A DNA stretch of 64,000 nt from the NCBI GenBank assembly GCA_052274345.1, contig DAVZGP010000008.1, positions 18,697 through 82,696 on the forward strand, given 5' to 3'. The DNA is from Clostridium sp. (GTDB lineage: Bacteria; Bacillota; Clostridia; Clostridiales; Clostridiaceae). Positions within the stretch are counted from its first letter, which is position 1; every line of letters begins with the position of its first letter. The position numbers and the translations under genes are program-made. Shown piece by piece: positions 39,664-50,560 of the stretch. A model generated the notes under the pieces. The model made no database searches. It was not told the origin of the DNA and saw nothing but the letters and a program-made list of their open reading frames with translations.

Positions 39664-40767
39664 TTATTTTGCTATTTTTCCTTCTATACCTTTAACAAAC
39701 CAATTAAATGATAATAGTTCCTTATCTGTCATAACTATACCTTTTGCAATTTTAACAGCTCCACTTTGATCTACTAATGGTCCTACAAATATTTTATTTT
39801 TACCTGATAAAATATCAGCTTTTGCTTTAGCAACAGCTTCTGCTGCTCCTTTAGGCGCATTTTTTGTAAGTGGTGCAAGCGAAACTACTCCAGATTCTAG
39901 ACCTTTCCAATAACTTCCTGACTTCCAAGTCCCAGCTTGAATAGCCTTTATTTGCTCAACATAATAAGGAGTCCAATTCCAAACTGGAGCTGTCATATAT
40001 GATTTTGGCGCCTTAGCACTCATGTCTGTATTGTACCCAATCGCAGATATACCTGCTTCTTCTGCCGCTTGAAGTGGGCCTGCAGTATCTTGATGTTGAG
40101 TAATAACATCCACGCCTTCTGCAATTAGTGCTTTTCCTGCTTCTTTTTCTTTAGCTGGATCATACCAAGTATTAGTCCATTTTACTTTTACTATAGCTTT
40201 AGGATTAACAGATTGTACACCTAAAGTAAATGCATTAATTCCTCTTACCACTTCTGGTATTGAGTATGCAGCTACATATCCTATTTTATTAGTTTTAGTT
40301 TTCATACCGGCAACTATACCTGAAAGATATCTTGCTTGATAAATACGACCGAAATATGTAGACATATTTGTCGATGTTGTGTACCCAGATGCATGAAGAT
40401 ATTTAACATCAGGATGTTTTTTAGCTGATGCTACCATTCCATCCATAAATCCAAAGCTAGTTCCTACAATAACGTTAGCTCCTTGATTAATCATTTCCTC
40501 GCATGTTTGTTCTACATCTGCCACATTCTCTTTTACTGATTCCTTGAACAAAGTCTTTACACCTAATTGTTTTTCAAGACCTTTTCTTCCCATATCATGA
40601 GAATAAGTATAACCACCGTCACCTACAGGTCCTACATATATAAATCCTACTACTACTGGTTTCTTTACATCATTTGTCCCAGTTTTCTTTGTGCTACCAC
40701 ATCCTGCAAGCGCGAGTGATGTAATTAATGTAACTGCTAATAGTAAACTTCCTAATTTCTTTTTCAT
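39664..40767 (-). CDS. BMP-family purine nucleoside-binding lipoprotein
   Basis: Lipobox LAGC, DGGYTYSHD, TSFGFMD, RGINAF, TWYDP. Confidence 0.92.
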   Translation of the reverse strand: MKKKLGSLLLAVTLITSLALAGCGSTKKTGTNDVKKPVVVGFIYVGPVGDGGYTYSHDMGRKGLEKQLGVKTLFKESVKENVADVEQTCEEMINQGANVIVGTSFGFMDGMVASAKKHPDVKYLHASGYTTSTNMSTYFGRIYQARYLSGIVAGMKTKTNKIGYVAAYSIPEVVRGINAFTLGVQSVNPKAIVKVKWTNTWYDPAKEKEAGKALIAEGVDVITQHQDTAGPLQAAEEAGISAIGYNTDMSAKAPKSYMTAPVWNWTPYYVEQIKAIQAGTWKSGSYWKGLESGVVSLAPLTKNAPKGAAEAVAKAKADILSGKNKIFVGPLVDQSGAVKIAKGIVMTDKELLSFNWFVKGIEGKIAK

Positions 40768-40804
40768 TAGTAATGCCCCCTTAAATCTTTTATGTAAAAT
40801 ATTA

Positions 40805-41377
40805 TTATTTAAAAACTACCTTATTATCTTTTAAAGATTTTATTATGGCGAGTGACTCTACCTTAACCCCCTCCTTTTCTATACATTTTCTACCATTCTG
40901 GAATGCTTTTTCAATTACAATTCCCACTCCAACAATATTAGCCTCAGCTTGACGTACAATTTTAATAAGACCGAGAGCTGCATTCCCATTTGCTAAAAAG
41001 TCATCAATTATCAAAATTTTATCTTCTTTATTTATATATCTTTTACTAGTTCTCACTTTATAATTCTTATTTTTTGTAAAAGAAAATACATCAGCCTCAT
41101 ATGCGTTATTATCCATTGTTGTGGAATCATTCTTTTTTGCAAACACTACAGGGACGTTGTTAAAATATTGTGCCACAATACATGCTATGCCTATACCTGA
41201 TGCTTCAACTGTTAGTATTTTTGTAACTTCATCATTTTCAAATCTTTCTTTAAATTCTTGTCCTATTTCATTTAATAGTTTTATATCAATTTGATGATTG
41301 AGGAAACTATCAACCTTTAAAATCTCACTACCTATTACTACTGCTTCACTTAATATCTTATTCTTTAGTGCTTCCAT
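40805..41377 (-). CDS. xpt: Xanthine phosphoribosyltransferase
   Basis: [35 protein letters not shown] 41377 after AAGGAG. Confidence 0.96.
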   Translation of the reverse strand: MEALKNKILSEAVVIGSEILKVDSFLNHQIDIKLLNEIGQEFKERFENDEVTKILTVEASGIGIACIVAQYFNNVPVVFAKKNDSTTMDNNAYEADVFSFTKNKNYKVRTSKRYINKEDKILIIDDFLANGNAALGLIKIVRQAEANIVGVGIVIEKAFQNGRKCIEKEGVKVESLAIIKSLKDNKVVFK

Positions 41378-41425
41378 ACATTTTCTCCTTCGTAATAATT
41401 TTTTCATATTATGTATATATAAAAC

Positions 41426-41472
41426 AATAACCCCCTAGATAACGATTTAATACGTTAACTAAAGGGGTTTAT
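41426..41472 (-). terminator. Terminator of purine riboswitch expression platform
   Basis: AACCCC...TAACG...CGTTA...GGGGTT extended hairpin in xpt leader. Confidence 0.65.
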
Positions 41473-41531
41473 AATAAAATCTTCCATAAAAATAATTTAT
41501 ACTAAAATTATTTTTACTTTATTTATCAAAA

Positions 41532-41601
41532 CACCCATAGTCAAGTCTTTTAAGGTTACTTGGTAGAAACGCTTAGACCATATTTCTAAGCTTATATGAG
41601 T
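41532..41601 (-). ncRNA. Purine (guanine-type) riboswitch
   Basis: Minus strand ACTCATATAA-GCTTAGA-AATATGG-TCTAAGC-GTTTCTAC-CAAGT...ACTTG-ACTATGGGTG; C at the specificity position; upstream of xpt. Confidence 0.95.
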
Positions 41602-41696
41602 TTGCGAATATTAATTTTTTTTTTCATTTCATCGTTCGTGTTTATACTTGTTATTACAATATTACAACATTTGTTTTATTAAATCAATATCTATTT

Positions 41697-42815
41697 TTAA
41701 AATTCGTATGGTTCAACCTTTTTCTCTATAACTACAGGGAAATCATCTGAACCTTCAAGCACTGTATTCTCACGCATAATTATATTTCTATCAACAATTA
41801 CATTAGTGAGCTTACATCCCTTTTTAATTTCACATTTTTCAAATATTATACAATTTTTAATTTCCACGTCCTCATGTATGGTCACTCTTCTTGCGATTAT
41901 ACTATTCTCTATTTTCCCCTTCAAAATACATCCATTTGAAACTAAAGCGTTATTAACTTTTGATCCATTAAAATATTTAGTAGGGGCCTCATTTTTACTT
42001 TTTGTATAAATTAACCCATTACTAAAAAACAACTCTTTTGTTACCTTAGTTTTTAACATATCCATACTAGCAGAATAATAATTTCTCAAAGAATCTATAC
42101 GCTTAACATATCCTTTAAACTCAAATGCATTTATGTTCAACTTCAAAACATGTTCATATATAAATGATTTTATTGAATTATGATATCCTGTTTGCATACC
42201 ATTTTTCACAATATCAATAAGAGTGCTCTTTTTCATAATAAACATTTCCATTGATATATTTAGTTTATCTGATACACCTATATTTTTCCCAACGCTTAAA
42301 ACTTTATTTTCTTCATTAATATATAATGTACTGCAACTTAAATAATCAATTTTCCCACTATTCGTTTTTTTATATAATAATGTTATGTCACTACCCGATT
42401 CCTCATGATAAGTTGCCGCTTCATTGTAATCCAAATTGCATAACATGTATGAAGAAGATATTATTACGTAATCTTGTTTTGATTTATAAATATATTCCAC
42501 ATTGTCGTTTAATACATCTATATCCCTTAACTCTGATCTTTCTGATGTAAGATTAAATACAAATAGTCCATTTATTTTTCTATCTAAATCCCACGGTTTC
42601 CCTGAACCTAAATGACCAACTAATGACCTAGATTTTGTGTTAGTGAAAATGCCTACATTATGAATACCTGAATTAACCATATTGGAGAGCACAAAATCAA
42701 TAATCCTGTATCTCCCTCCTATAGGTATAGCAGCTATTGGTCTTGATTTTGTAAGGCTTTTAATATTATCTTCCCTCTCATTTAACATTAATATTCCCAT
42801 ATAATTTCCAAGCAT
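41697..42815 (-). CDS. glgD: Glucose-1-phosphate adenylyltransferase subunit GlgD (copy 2)
   Basis: RPIAAIPIGGRYRIIDFVLSNMVNSG, HLGSGKPWDLDRK. Confidence 0.93.
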   Translation of the reverse strand: MLGNYMGILMLNEREDNIKSLTKSRPIAAIPIGGRYRIIDFVLSNMVNSGIHNVGIFTNTKSRSLVGHLGSGKPWDLDRKINGLFVFNLTSERSELRDIDVLNDNVEYIYKSKQDYVIISSSYMLCNLDYNEAATYHEESGSDITLLYKKTNSGKIDYLSCSTLYINEENKVLSVGKNIGVSDKLNISMEMFIMKKSTLIDIVKNGMQTGYHNSIKSFIYEHVLKLNINAFEFKGYVKRIDSLRNYYSASMDMLKTKVTKELFFSNGLIYTKSKNEAPTKYFNGSKVNNALVSNGCILKGKIENSIIARRVTIHEDVEIKNCIIFEKCEIKKGCKLTNVIVDRNIIMRENTVLEGSDDFPVVIEKKVEPYEF

Positions 42816-42834
42816 TTTTATCACCTCTTTTATT

Positions 42835-43986
42835 TTATACTTTAGTTAACATCTTTGAATTAGCTTTTATTTCGGCTCCTTCTTCTACAACAATAATATC
42901 TTTCCCATTTCCAATATATGAATCACGTCTTATGGTAACATTACTCCCTACAATAGCTTTATCTATAACCACATTTTTTCCAATTTTAGTATTTGGTAAA
43001 ATAACTGAATTAGTTATTTTAGTATTTTTACCTACATGTACTCCTTGAAAAAGCACACAATTATTTATTTCTCCGAATACTGTACAACCCTCATTGAGCA
43101 ATGCATTATTAATTTTAGCTTCTGGCCCTATATATTGAGGTGGTAACATAGGATTTACAGTATATATTTTCCAATTATTATCATGTATATCAAGTTCATT
43201 CTTATCAGATATCAAATCCATATTAGCGGACCAAAAACTTTCAATAGTACCAACATCCCTCCAATATCCTTTAAATGGGAATGCATATAACTTCTGATTA
43301 TCCTGAAGCATTTTTGGTATTATGTTTTTTCCAAAATCATTACTTGATTCTTTATCGAGATTGTCCTCTTTTAAAAGTTTTTTAAGTACAGACCAGTTAA
43401 AAATATAAACTCCCATAGAAGCTAAATTATTTTTAGGCTCTTTAGGCTTTTCTTCAAATTCAAAGATACTATAATCTTCCTTTGTATTCATTATTCCAAA
43501 CCTACTACACTCATCATCTGGCACCTCTATTACAGCAATAGTAACATCAGCGCCTTTTTCTTTGTGATAATCTAGCATTTTCGAATAATTCATTTTATAA
43601 ATATGGTCTCCTGATAAAATAAGAACATATTCCGGCTCAAAGTCATCAATATAATTTATATTTTGAAATATAGCATCTGCTGTGCCATTGTACCAATTGC
43701 CACCATTCTCACTCTGGTAAGGGGGCAGTAGACTTACACCACCGTTTCTCCTGTCTAAATCCCATGGAGCACCTATACCTATATGTGCATTTAACGCTAA
43801 AGGTTGGTATTGAGTAAGAACTCCTACTGTGTCTATATCAGAATTTGAACAATTACTTAATGAAAAATCTATAATTCTATACTTTCCTCCGAATGGAACT
43901 GCTGGCTTCGCTGTCATCTTAGTTAATTGTTTTAACCTTGATCCTTGACCACCTGCTAGTATCATTGCTATCATTTCTTTTTTCAT
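42835..43986 (-). CDS. glgC: Glucose-1-phosphate adenylyltransferase GlgC (copy 2)
   Basis: [50 protein letters not shown]. Confidence 0.96.
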   Translation of the reverse strand: MKKEMIAMILAGGQGSRLKQLTKMTAKPAVPFGGKYRIIDFSLSNCSNSDIDTVGVLTQYQPLALNAHIGIGAPWDLDRRNGGVSLLPPYQSENGGNWYNGTADAIFQNINYIDDFEPEYVLILSGDHIYKMNYSKMLDYHKEKGADVTIAVIEVPDDECSRFGIMNTKEDYSIFEFEEKPKEPKNNLASMGVYIFNWSVLKKLLKEDNLDKESSNDFGKNIIPKMLQDNQKLYAFPFKGYWRDVGTIESFWSANMDLISDKNELDIHDNNWKIYTVNPMLPPQYIGPEAKINNALLNEGCTVFGEINNCVLFQGVHVGKNTKITNSVILPNTKIGKNVVIDKAIVGSNVTIRRDSYIGNGKDIIVVEEGAEIKANSKMLTKV

Positions 43987-44095
43987 AATAGTTTTCTCCC
44001 TCCTATATTTTTTTAAATTGGGTATCATAAAAAACATATTAAATTAAAATAACTTTTTATAAAAGATTTGTCAGATTTTATTTCATTTTATCAAA

Positions 44096-44124
44096 ATCAT
44101 AGATTAATAAATACAATTTGTCAA
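44096..44124 (-). promoter_or_regulatory. SigA-type promoter of second glgCD pair
   Basis: TTGACA-17 nt-TATGAT on minus strand, downstream of glgP terminator. Confidence 0.75.
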
Positions 44125-44139
44125 GAAGGATTATAAAAC

Positions 44140-44177
44140 AAAATGCTATACTAGATAATTGACTAGTATAGCATTTT
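44140..44177 (-). terminator. Terminator after glgP
   Basis: AAAATGCTATACTAG-loop-CTAGTATAGCATTTT. Confidence 0.8.
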
Positions 44178-44205
44178 CATATAACTAAACCTTAATATTA
44201 TTAAA

Positions 44206-46650
44206 TTACAACTTAATATTAACAGGTGGTGTATCCCAAATTTCTTTTGCATATTTCTTTATCGTATTATCACTAGAGAATATACCAGATTTTGCGATAT
44301 TTGTAATTGACATTTGTTGCCAAATAGATTTTTGCCTAAATAACCTATCAATCTCACTATGAGCATTAACATAAGCGTCAAAATCTTTTAACACAAAATA
44401 CTCATCATTATTAGCAAGTAAGCTATCATATAAACCCATAAATTCTGTTTTAGGAGTTCCTAAAAATCCATTTATCAATTGATTTAATATGGTATTTATC
44501 CTTTGATCATTATTATATATATAATAAGAGTTATATGTTTTATTCTTATAATACTCTATTACCTCTTGAGCTGTAAGCCCAAACAATATAATATTTTCTT
44601 TACCAACCGCATCAAATATCTCCACATTTGCACCGTCTAATGTAGCTATTGTTATAGCCCCATTCATCATAAATTTCATATTACCTGTTCCAGAGGCTTC
44701 CTTTGATGCAGTAGATATCTGCTCACTTACATCTGCACAAGGAATAATTCTTTCAGCAAGGGACACCCCATAATTTTCAAGGAATAATATCTTTATTTTT
44801 CCGCGAACTATAGGATCATTATTTATCTTACTTGCCAAAGTATTAATAAGTTTAATAGTCTGTTTTGCTATATAATAGCTAGGTGAAGCTTTTGCACCAA
44901 ATATGAAAGTTCTTGGAACCATATCAATATTAGGATTTGCAAGTATCAGGTTATATAAATACATTATATGAAGTACATTTAAAGTTTGTCTTTTATATGA
45001 ATGCATTCTTTTAACATGAACATCAAATATGGAACTTGGATCAATTGTTATCCCATAAGTTGATAATACATGGTTTGAAAATTTTATTTTATTGTTTGTT
45101 TTTATAATATGCGTTTTCTCTTGAAACGCATCATCCTTTACGTAAGCCATTAACTTATTGAGATTATTTGGAGTTTTTATCCACCCCTCACCAATAGTTT
45201 CTGTTATAAGTTTTGCAAGTTCAACATTAGAATTTAATAACCATCTTCTGTGAGTTATTCCATTAGTTTGGTTGTTAAATTTTTCAGGAAAAAATTCATA
45301 AAAGTCAGAAAGCTCCTGATGTTTTAATAATTCTGTATGAAGTTTTGCTACTCCATTAACAGAATGCCCCCCCACAATTGCAAGGTATGCCATTCGTACA
45401 TACCCATTATAAATGATAGACATATTATTTACCTTGTTCCAATTACCATTATACCTATGATAAACTTCATTACAAAACCGTCTATTTATTTCTTCCACAA
45501 TCATATAAATTCGTGGGAGCAATTTTTTAAACATATCCACAGGCCACTTTTCTAATGCCTCCGCCATAATTGTGTGATTAGTATAGGCTGTAGTTCTTGT
45601 TGTAACGTACCACGCATCATCCCAAGATAAGTTCTCCTCGTCCATTAAAAGTCTCATTAGCTCAGCAACTGCTACAGCAGGATGAGTATCATTTATTTGC
45701 ACTGCAATATGTTTATAAAATTCAAGAAGAGATATTTTTTTCTTCTTATAATTTTTTAAAATACTTTGAAGCCCTGCACTTACAAAAAAATACTCTTGTT
45801 TTAGTCTTAATAGTTTACCTTTTTCGTAGCTATCATCCGGATATAAAATTTGTGAAATAGCCTCAGCTGCGTACTTATTCTCCCCAGCTTTTGCATAATT
45901 CCCTTGACTAAAAGATGAAAAATCAAAATCTTCCTCCATAGTTTCGGCGCTCCAAAGTCTTAAAGTGTTTACAGTATTGTTTTTATACCCTTTTATTGGA
46001 GTATCATAAGGCACTGCACGTACACATTCATAATTTTCATGAATAACTTTTGTTACCCCGTTATCCTCATTCAAATAAACATTTCCCCCAAATTTAACTT
46101 CAACAGCCTTACTTTCTTTTCTTATTTCCCAGGCATTACCATTTTTAAGCCAATTATCGGGGACTTCAACCTGATACCCATTTTCTATTTTTTGTTTGAA
46201 CAACCCATATTTATACCTTATGCCACAACCATGACCTGGCACCTGCGTCGACGCCATAGAGTCTAAAAAGCATGCTGCTAGTCTTCCAAGTCCACCATTG
46301 CCAAGTCCAGCATCCACTTCTATATCCTCTACCTCAATCAAACTAATTCCTAGTTCACTAAGTGCTTCCTCACATATATCCTTAAGTCCTAGATTAACTA
46401 AATTACTATTTAGCAATCTACCAACTAAAAATTCCATTGAAAAATAGTATACTTGTTTTCCTTTGTTTTTTGCATACTCCTTGTTGCTTTCTATCCAAGG
46501 CTTTGCGCAATAATCTTTTACGAGCGCACCTAAAGCATAATATTGATGCAAAGGGGAAGCATCAACTGCTTCCTCTGCAAACATTGTTTGTAGTTTTTCT
46601 ATATAATCCATCTTAAATATCTTTTTATCAATTATCACAACATTCACCAC
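44206..46650 (-). CDS. glgP: Glycogen phosphorylase
   Basis: LGNGGLGRLAACFLDS, INDTHP, EASGTGNMKF PLP motif. Confidence 0.97.
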   Translation of the reverse strand: MVNVVIIDKKIFKMDYIEKLQTMFAEEAVDASPLHQYYALGALVKDYCAKPWIESNKEYAKNKGKQVYYFSMEFLVGRLLNSNLVNLGLKDICEEALSELGISLIEVEDIEVDAGLGNGGLGRLAACFLDSMASTQVPGHGCGIRYKYGLFKQKIENGYQVEVPDNWLKNGNAWEIRKESKAVEVKFGGNVYLNEDNGVTKVIHENYECVRAVPYDTPIKGYKNNTVNTLRLWSAETMEEDFDFSSFSQGNYAKAGENKYAAEAISQILYPDDSYEKGKLLRLKQEYFFVSAGLQSILKNYKKKKISLLEFYKHIAVQINDTHPAVAVAELMRLLMDEENLSWDDAWYVTTRTTAYTNHTIMAEALEKWPVDMFKKLLPRIYMIVEEINRRFCNEVYHRYNGNWNKVNNMSIIYNGYVRMAYLAIVGGHSVNGVAKLHTELLKHQELSDFYEFFPEKFNNQTNGITHRRWLLNSNVELAKLITETIGEGWIKTPNNLNKLMAYVKDDAFQEKTHIIKTNNKIKFSNHVLSTYGITIDPSSIFDVHVKRMHSYKRQTLNVLHIMYLYNLILANPNIDMVPRTFIFGAKASPSYYIAKQTIKLINTLASKINNDPIVRGKIKILFLENYGVSLAERIIPCADVSEQISTASKEASGTGNMKFMMNGAITIATLDGANVEIFDAVGKENIILFGLTAQEVIEYYKNKTYNSYYIYNNDQRINTILNQLINGFLGTPKTEFMGLYDSLLANNDEYFVLKDFDAYVNAHSEIDRLFRQKSIWQQMSITNIAKSGIFSSDNTIKKYAKEIWDTPPVNIKL

Positions 46651-46725
46651 CTAGAAATTTTAGAATTCATTCATTCTATAACACATTAAAAATAACCTAG
46701 TATATGTTTTTTAAACTGCTAGCCA

Positions 46726-48159
46726 TTATTTTCTTAGATCACTATATAATTTCATATAATTTTTAGCAGAATGTTCCCAACTATTATCTGAGCTCATAGC
46801 ATTCTGAACTAATTTGTCCCAGGAAGTTTTATCTTTATACAACTCAAGAGCCCTATTTATAGTTTCAAGCAACTCTTTACCATCGTAATTATTAAAAGAA
46901 AAACCATTCCCTTTACCAGTATATTTATTATAAGGAATAATTGTGTCTTTAAGTCCTCCGGTTTCACGTGTGATTGGAATGCTCCCATATTTTAATGCAA
47001 TAAGCTGACCAATACCACAAGGTTCAAAGAGTGATGGCATCAAAAACATATCTGAAGCAGCATATATTTGTTGTGCTAAAGCTTCATCAAAAGCTATATT
47101 TGCTGATATTCTGCTTGGATAAATAGACGCATAATACTGAAATATATCCTCATAATATCCGTCACCATTACCAAGTACTACTATTTGAATATCAAGGCTA
47201 AGGAGTTCCTGGAGTTTCTCCACAATTAGATCTAACCCCTTTTGCTTAACAAGTCTTGTAACAATTCCTATCATTGGTATATCTTCAGTTACGGTAAAAC
47301 CTAATCTTTCTTGGAGCTTTAACTTATTTTTAGTCTTCTGATCCACATTTTTCATATCGTAATTATATAATATTTTTTTATCAACTTTAGGACTATGGAT
47401 TTCATAATCTATACCATTTACTATTCCATATAAGCTACTTTCCCTTGAAGATAATAATCCATCTAATCTTTCTCCATAAAAAGGAGTTTGAATTTCTTTC
47501 GCATAGGTCTTACTTACTGTAGTTACAGCATCCGCGAATACAATTCCACCTTTCATGAAAGAGATAGAATCATAAAATTTCATTTGATTTTCATTAAAGT
47601 ACTTCCAATCCAAGTTTAGCAAATCGCTTAACGTTTCTTTTGGAAATATTCCTTGATATTGTAAATTATGTATAGTAAATACACTTTTTATTTCCTTGTA
47701 TAACTCCTCTTTACTATACTTATCTTTAAGAATTATTGGTATAACGGCGCTTTGCCAATCATTACAGTGGATTATATCCGGTTTAAAATCTCCCATATAT
47801 TTTATAGCCTCAACTACTGCTTTGGAAAAGAAAGCAAAACGCTCACCATCATCATAATCTCCATATATATGAGGTCTTTTAAAATAATACTCATTATCTA
47901 CAAAATAATAAGGCACTCCATCGTACTTTAAATATTCTAATCCACAATACTTACTTCTCCATCCAACCTCTACATTAAAATAATCTATGTTCTCCATACA
48001 GCTTCTAAATGCCAAAGGGATCTTACTATATTTAGGTATAATTACTCTTGCATCTATTCCAAGTTTTCTCAAAGCCTTAGGTAATGCATATACCACATCC
48101 CCCAGACCTCCTGTTTTTATAAAAGGATAAGCTTCCGACGCCACAAATAATACTTTCAT
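46726..48159 (-). CDS. glgA: Glycogen synthase
   Basis: KTGGLGDV, HCNDWQ, QKGLDL, PSLFEPCG. Confidence 0.97.
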   Translation of the reverse strand: MKVLFVASEAYPFIKTGGLGDVVYALPKALRKLGIDARVIIPKYSKIPLAFRSCMENIDYFNVEVGWRSKYCGLEYLKYDGVPYYFVDNEYYFKRPHIYGDYDDGERFAFFSKAVVEAIKYMGDFKPDIIHCNDWQSAVIPIILKDKYSKEELYKEIKSVFTIHNLQYQGIFPKETLSDLLNLDWKYFNENQMKFYDSISFMKGGIVFADAVTTVSKTYAKEIQTPFYGERLDGLLSSRESSLYGIVNGIDYEIHSPKVDKKILYNYDMKNVDQKTKNKLKLQERLGFTVTEDIPMIGIVTRLVKQKGLDLIVEKLQELLSLDIQIVVLGNGDGYYEDIFQYYASIYPSRISANIAFDEALAQQIYAASDMFLMPSLFEPCGIGQLIALKYGSIPITRETGGLKDTIIPYNKYTGKGNGFSFNNYDGKELLETINRALELYKDKTSWDKLVQNAMSSDNSWEHSAKNYMKLYSDLRK

Positions 48160-48232
48160 ATAAACCCCCCATTAGACACAAATAAATAACACATTACTGT
48201 AGTTATTTATTTGTGCCTTAAATTTAATGTTT

Positions 48233-49342
48233 TTATGCTCTAATTTTTTTCTCTATAACAACCGGGAACTCCTGTGAACCCTCAAGTACTGTGTTCTCAC
48301 TTATAATACTATTTTTGTCAATTATAACATTAGTGAGTTTACATCCTTTTTTAATTTCACAATTTTGAAATACTATACAATTTTTAAGCACGGCACCAGC
48401 CTCAACAATAACCCTTCTTGAAATTATACTTTTCTCTATTTTTCCTTTCAAAATACATCCATTTGAAATCAAAGAATTATTAACCTCTGATCCATTAAAG
48501 TATTTAGTAGGAGCTTCATCCTTGCCTTTTGTATATATTAACCCATTATTAAAAAATAATTCCTTAATTATTTTAGCATTTAACATATCCATACTTGTTT
48601 TATAATAATTTTGAAGCGAATTTATGCACTGAAGATATCCTTTAAACTCATATGCATTTACATTGAATTTTGATACCTCATTATATATCGCTGTTTTTAT
48701 TGAATTATAACTTCCTTTCTGAATACAACTGTTTACAATATTTATAAGAGTTGTTTTTTTCATTATAAACATTTCCATTGATATATTTAATTTTTCCTCA
48801 ACGCCTATATTTTTACCAATACTTAAAACTTTATTATCTTCATTAATATACAAAGTATTACAATTCACATAATGTTTTTTACCATTACTCGTTTTTTTAT
48901 ATATTATAGTTATATCGCTACCAGATTCCTCGTGGTACTTAGCTGCATCATTATAATCCATATTACATATCATATATGAAGAAGATATTATTACATACTC
49001 TTGTTTAGTTCTATATATATATTCCATATTACCACTTAATACGTCTATATCTCTTAATTGAGATCTTTCTGATGTAAGATTAAATAGGAACAACCCGTTT
49101 ATTTTTCTATCTAAATCCCAAGGTTTTCCTGAACCTACATGGTCAACTAAAGACCTAGATTTTGTGTTAGTAAATATACCTATATTATGAATACCTGAAT
49201 TAACCATATTTGAAAGTACGAAATCAATAATTCTATATCTTCCACCTATTGGTATAGATGCTATAGGTCGTGATTTTGTAAGGCTTTTAATATTATCTTC
49301 GTCTTCATTTAGCATTAACATTCCTATATAGTTTTTAAGCAT
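48233..49342 (-). CDS. glgD: GlgD (copy 1)
   Basis: Same motifs as 41697..42815. Confidence 0.93.
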   Translation of the reverse strand: MLKNYIGMLMLNEDEDNIKSLTKSRPIASIPIGGRYRIIDFVLSNMVNSGIHNIGIFTNTKSRSLVDHVGSGKPWDLDRKINGLFLFNLTSERSQLRDIDVLSGNMEYIYRTKQEYVIISSSYMICNMDYNDAAKYHEESGSDITIIYKKTSNGKKHYVNCNTLYINEDNKVLSIGKNIGVEEKLNISMEMFIMKKTTLINIVNSCIQKGSYNSIKTAIYNEVSKFNVNAYEFKGYLQCINSLQNYYKTSMDMLNAKIIKELFFNNGLIYTKGKDEAPTKYFNGSEVNNSLISNGCILKGKIEKSIISRRVIVEAGAVLKNCIVFQNCEIKKGCKLTNVIIDKNSIISENTVLEGSQEFPVVIEKKIRA

Positions 49343-49361
49343 TTTTTCGCCTCCCCCAATT

Positions 49362-50516
49362 TTATAATTTATTTACGACCTTTAAATCAGCTTTAATTTC
49401 CCGTCCTTTTTCAATAACAATAATATCGTGACCATTACCAATATACGAATTACGTCTTATTGTAACTTCGCTTCCTATAATAGCTTTATCTATAACTACA
49501 TTATTTCCTATTTTAGTGTTTGGCAAAATAACTGAATTAGATATTTTAGATCCCTTTCCAACATGTACATTTTGAAAAAGAACACAATTATTTACTTCTC
49601 CAAGGACTGTGCACCCTTCATTGAGCATTGCATTATTTATACTTGCCTCCGGGCCTATATATTGTGGTGGAAGCATCGGATTAACTGTATATATTCTCCA
49701 TTTATCGTCATGTATATTTAGTTCATTATCATCAGATAATAAATCCATATTAGCAGACCAAAAACTTTCAATAGTACCAACATCTCTCCAATATCCTTTG
49801 AAATGATATGCAAATAACTTCTGATCATTATTTAACATTTTTGTTATTATATTTTTCCCAAAATCATGACTTGATATTTCATCCTGGCTGTCATCTTTTA
49901 AAAGTTGTCTAAGAACCGACCAAGTAAAAATATAAACCCCCATAGATGCTAAATTACTTTTTGCCTCTTCTGGTTTTTCTTCAAATTCATATATACTATC
50001 ATCATCCCGAGTATTCATTATTCCAAATCTACTACACTCCTCATCTGGAACTTCTAGTACTGCGATAGTAACATCTGCTCCCTTTTCCTTGTGATAATCT
50101 AACATTTTTGAATAATCCATTTTATAAATATGATCTCCTGATAAAATAAGAACATATTCTGGATTAAAACTATCTATATAATTTGTATTTTGAAATATCG
50201 CATCAGCTGTCCCCTTGTACCAATTACCACCATCTTCACTTTGGTAAGGTGGAAGAAGACTCACCCCTCCATTTCTTCTATCTAAATCCCAAGGAGCTCC
50301 TATTCCTATATGAGAGTTCAATGCCAATGGTTGGTATTGAGTGAGAACCCCTACTGTGTCTATATCGGAATTAGAACAATTACTTAAAGAAAAATCTATA
50401 ATTCTATACTTTCCTCCAAATGGCACTGCAGGTTTTGCCGTCATTTTTGTTAATTGTTTTAATCTTGATCCTTGACCTCCTGCGAGTATCATAGCTATCA
50501 TTTCTTTTTTTACCAT
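49362..50516 (-). CDS. glgC: GlgC (copy 1)
   Basis: Same motifs as 42835..43986. Confidence 0.96.
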   Translation of the reverse strand: MVKKEMIAMILAGGQGSRLKQLTKMTAKPAVPFGGKYRIIDFSLSNCSNSDIDTVGVLTQYQPLALNSHIGIGAPWDLDRRNGGVSLLPPYQSEDGGNWYKGTADAIFQNTNYIDSFNPEYVLILSGDHIYKMDYSKMLDYHKEKGADVTIAVLEVPDEECSRFGIMNTRDDDSIYEFEEKPEEAKSNLASMGVYIFTWSVLRQLLKDDSQDEISSHDFGKNIITKMLNNDQKLFAYHFKGYWRDVGTIESFWSANMDLLSDDNELNIHDDKWRIYTVNPMLPPQYIGPEASINNAMLNEGCTVLGEVNNCVLFQNVHVGKGSKISNSVILPNTKIGNNVVIDKAIIGSEVTIRRNSYIGNGHDIIVIEKGREIKADLKVVNKL

Positions 50517-50560
50517 TCTAATCTTCCCCCTTTTATACTTAAGCTATTGTGCCTCAATAT

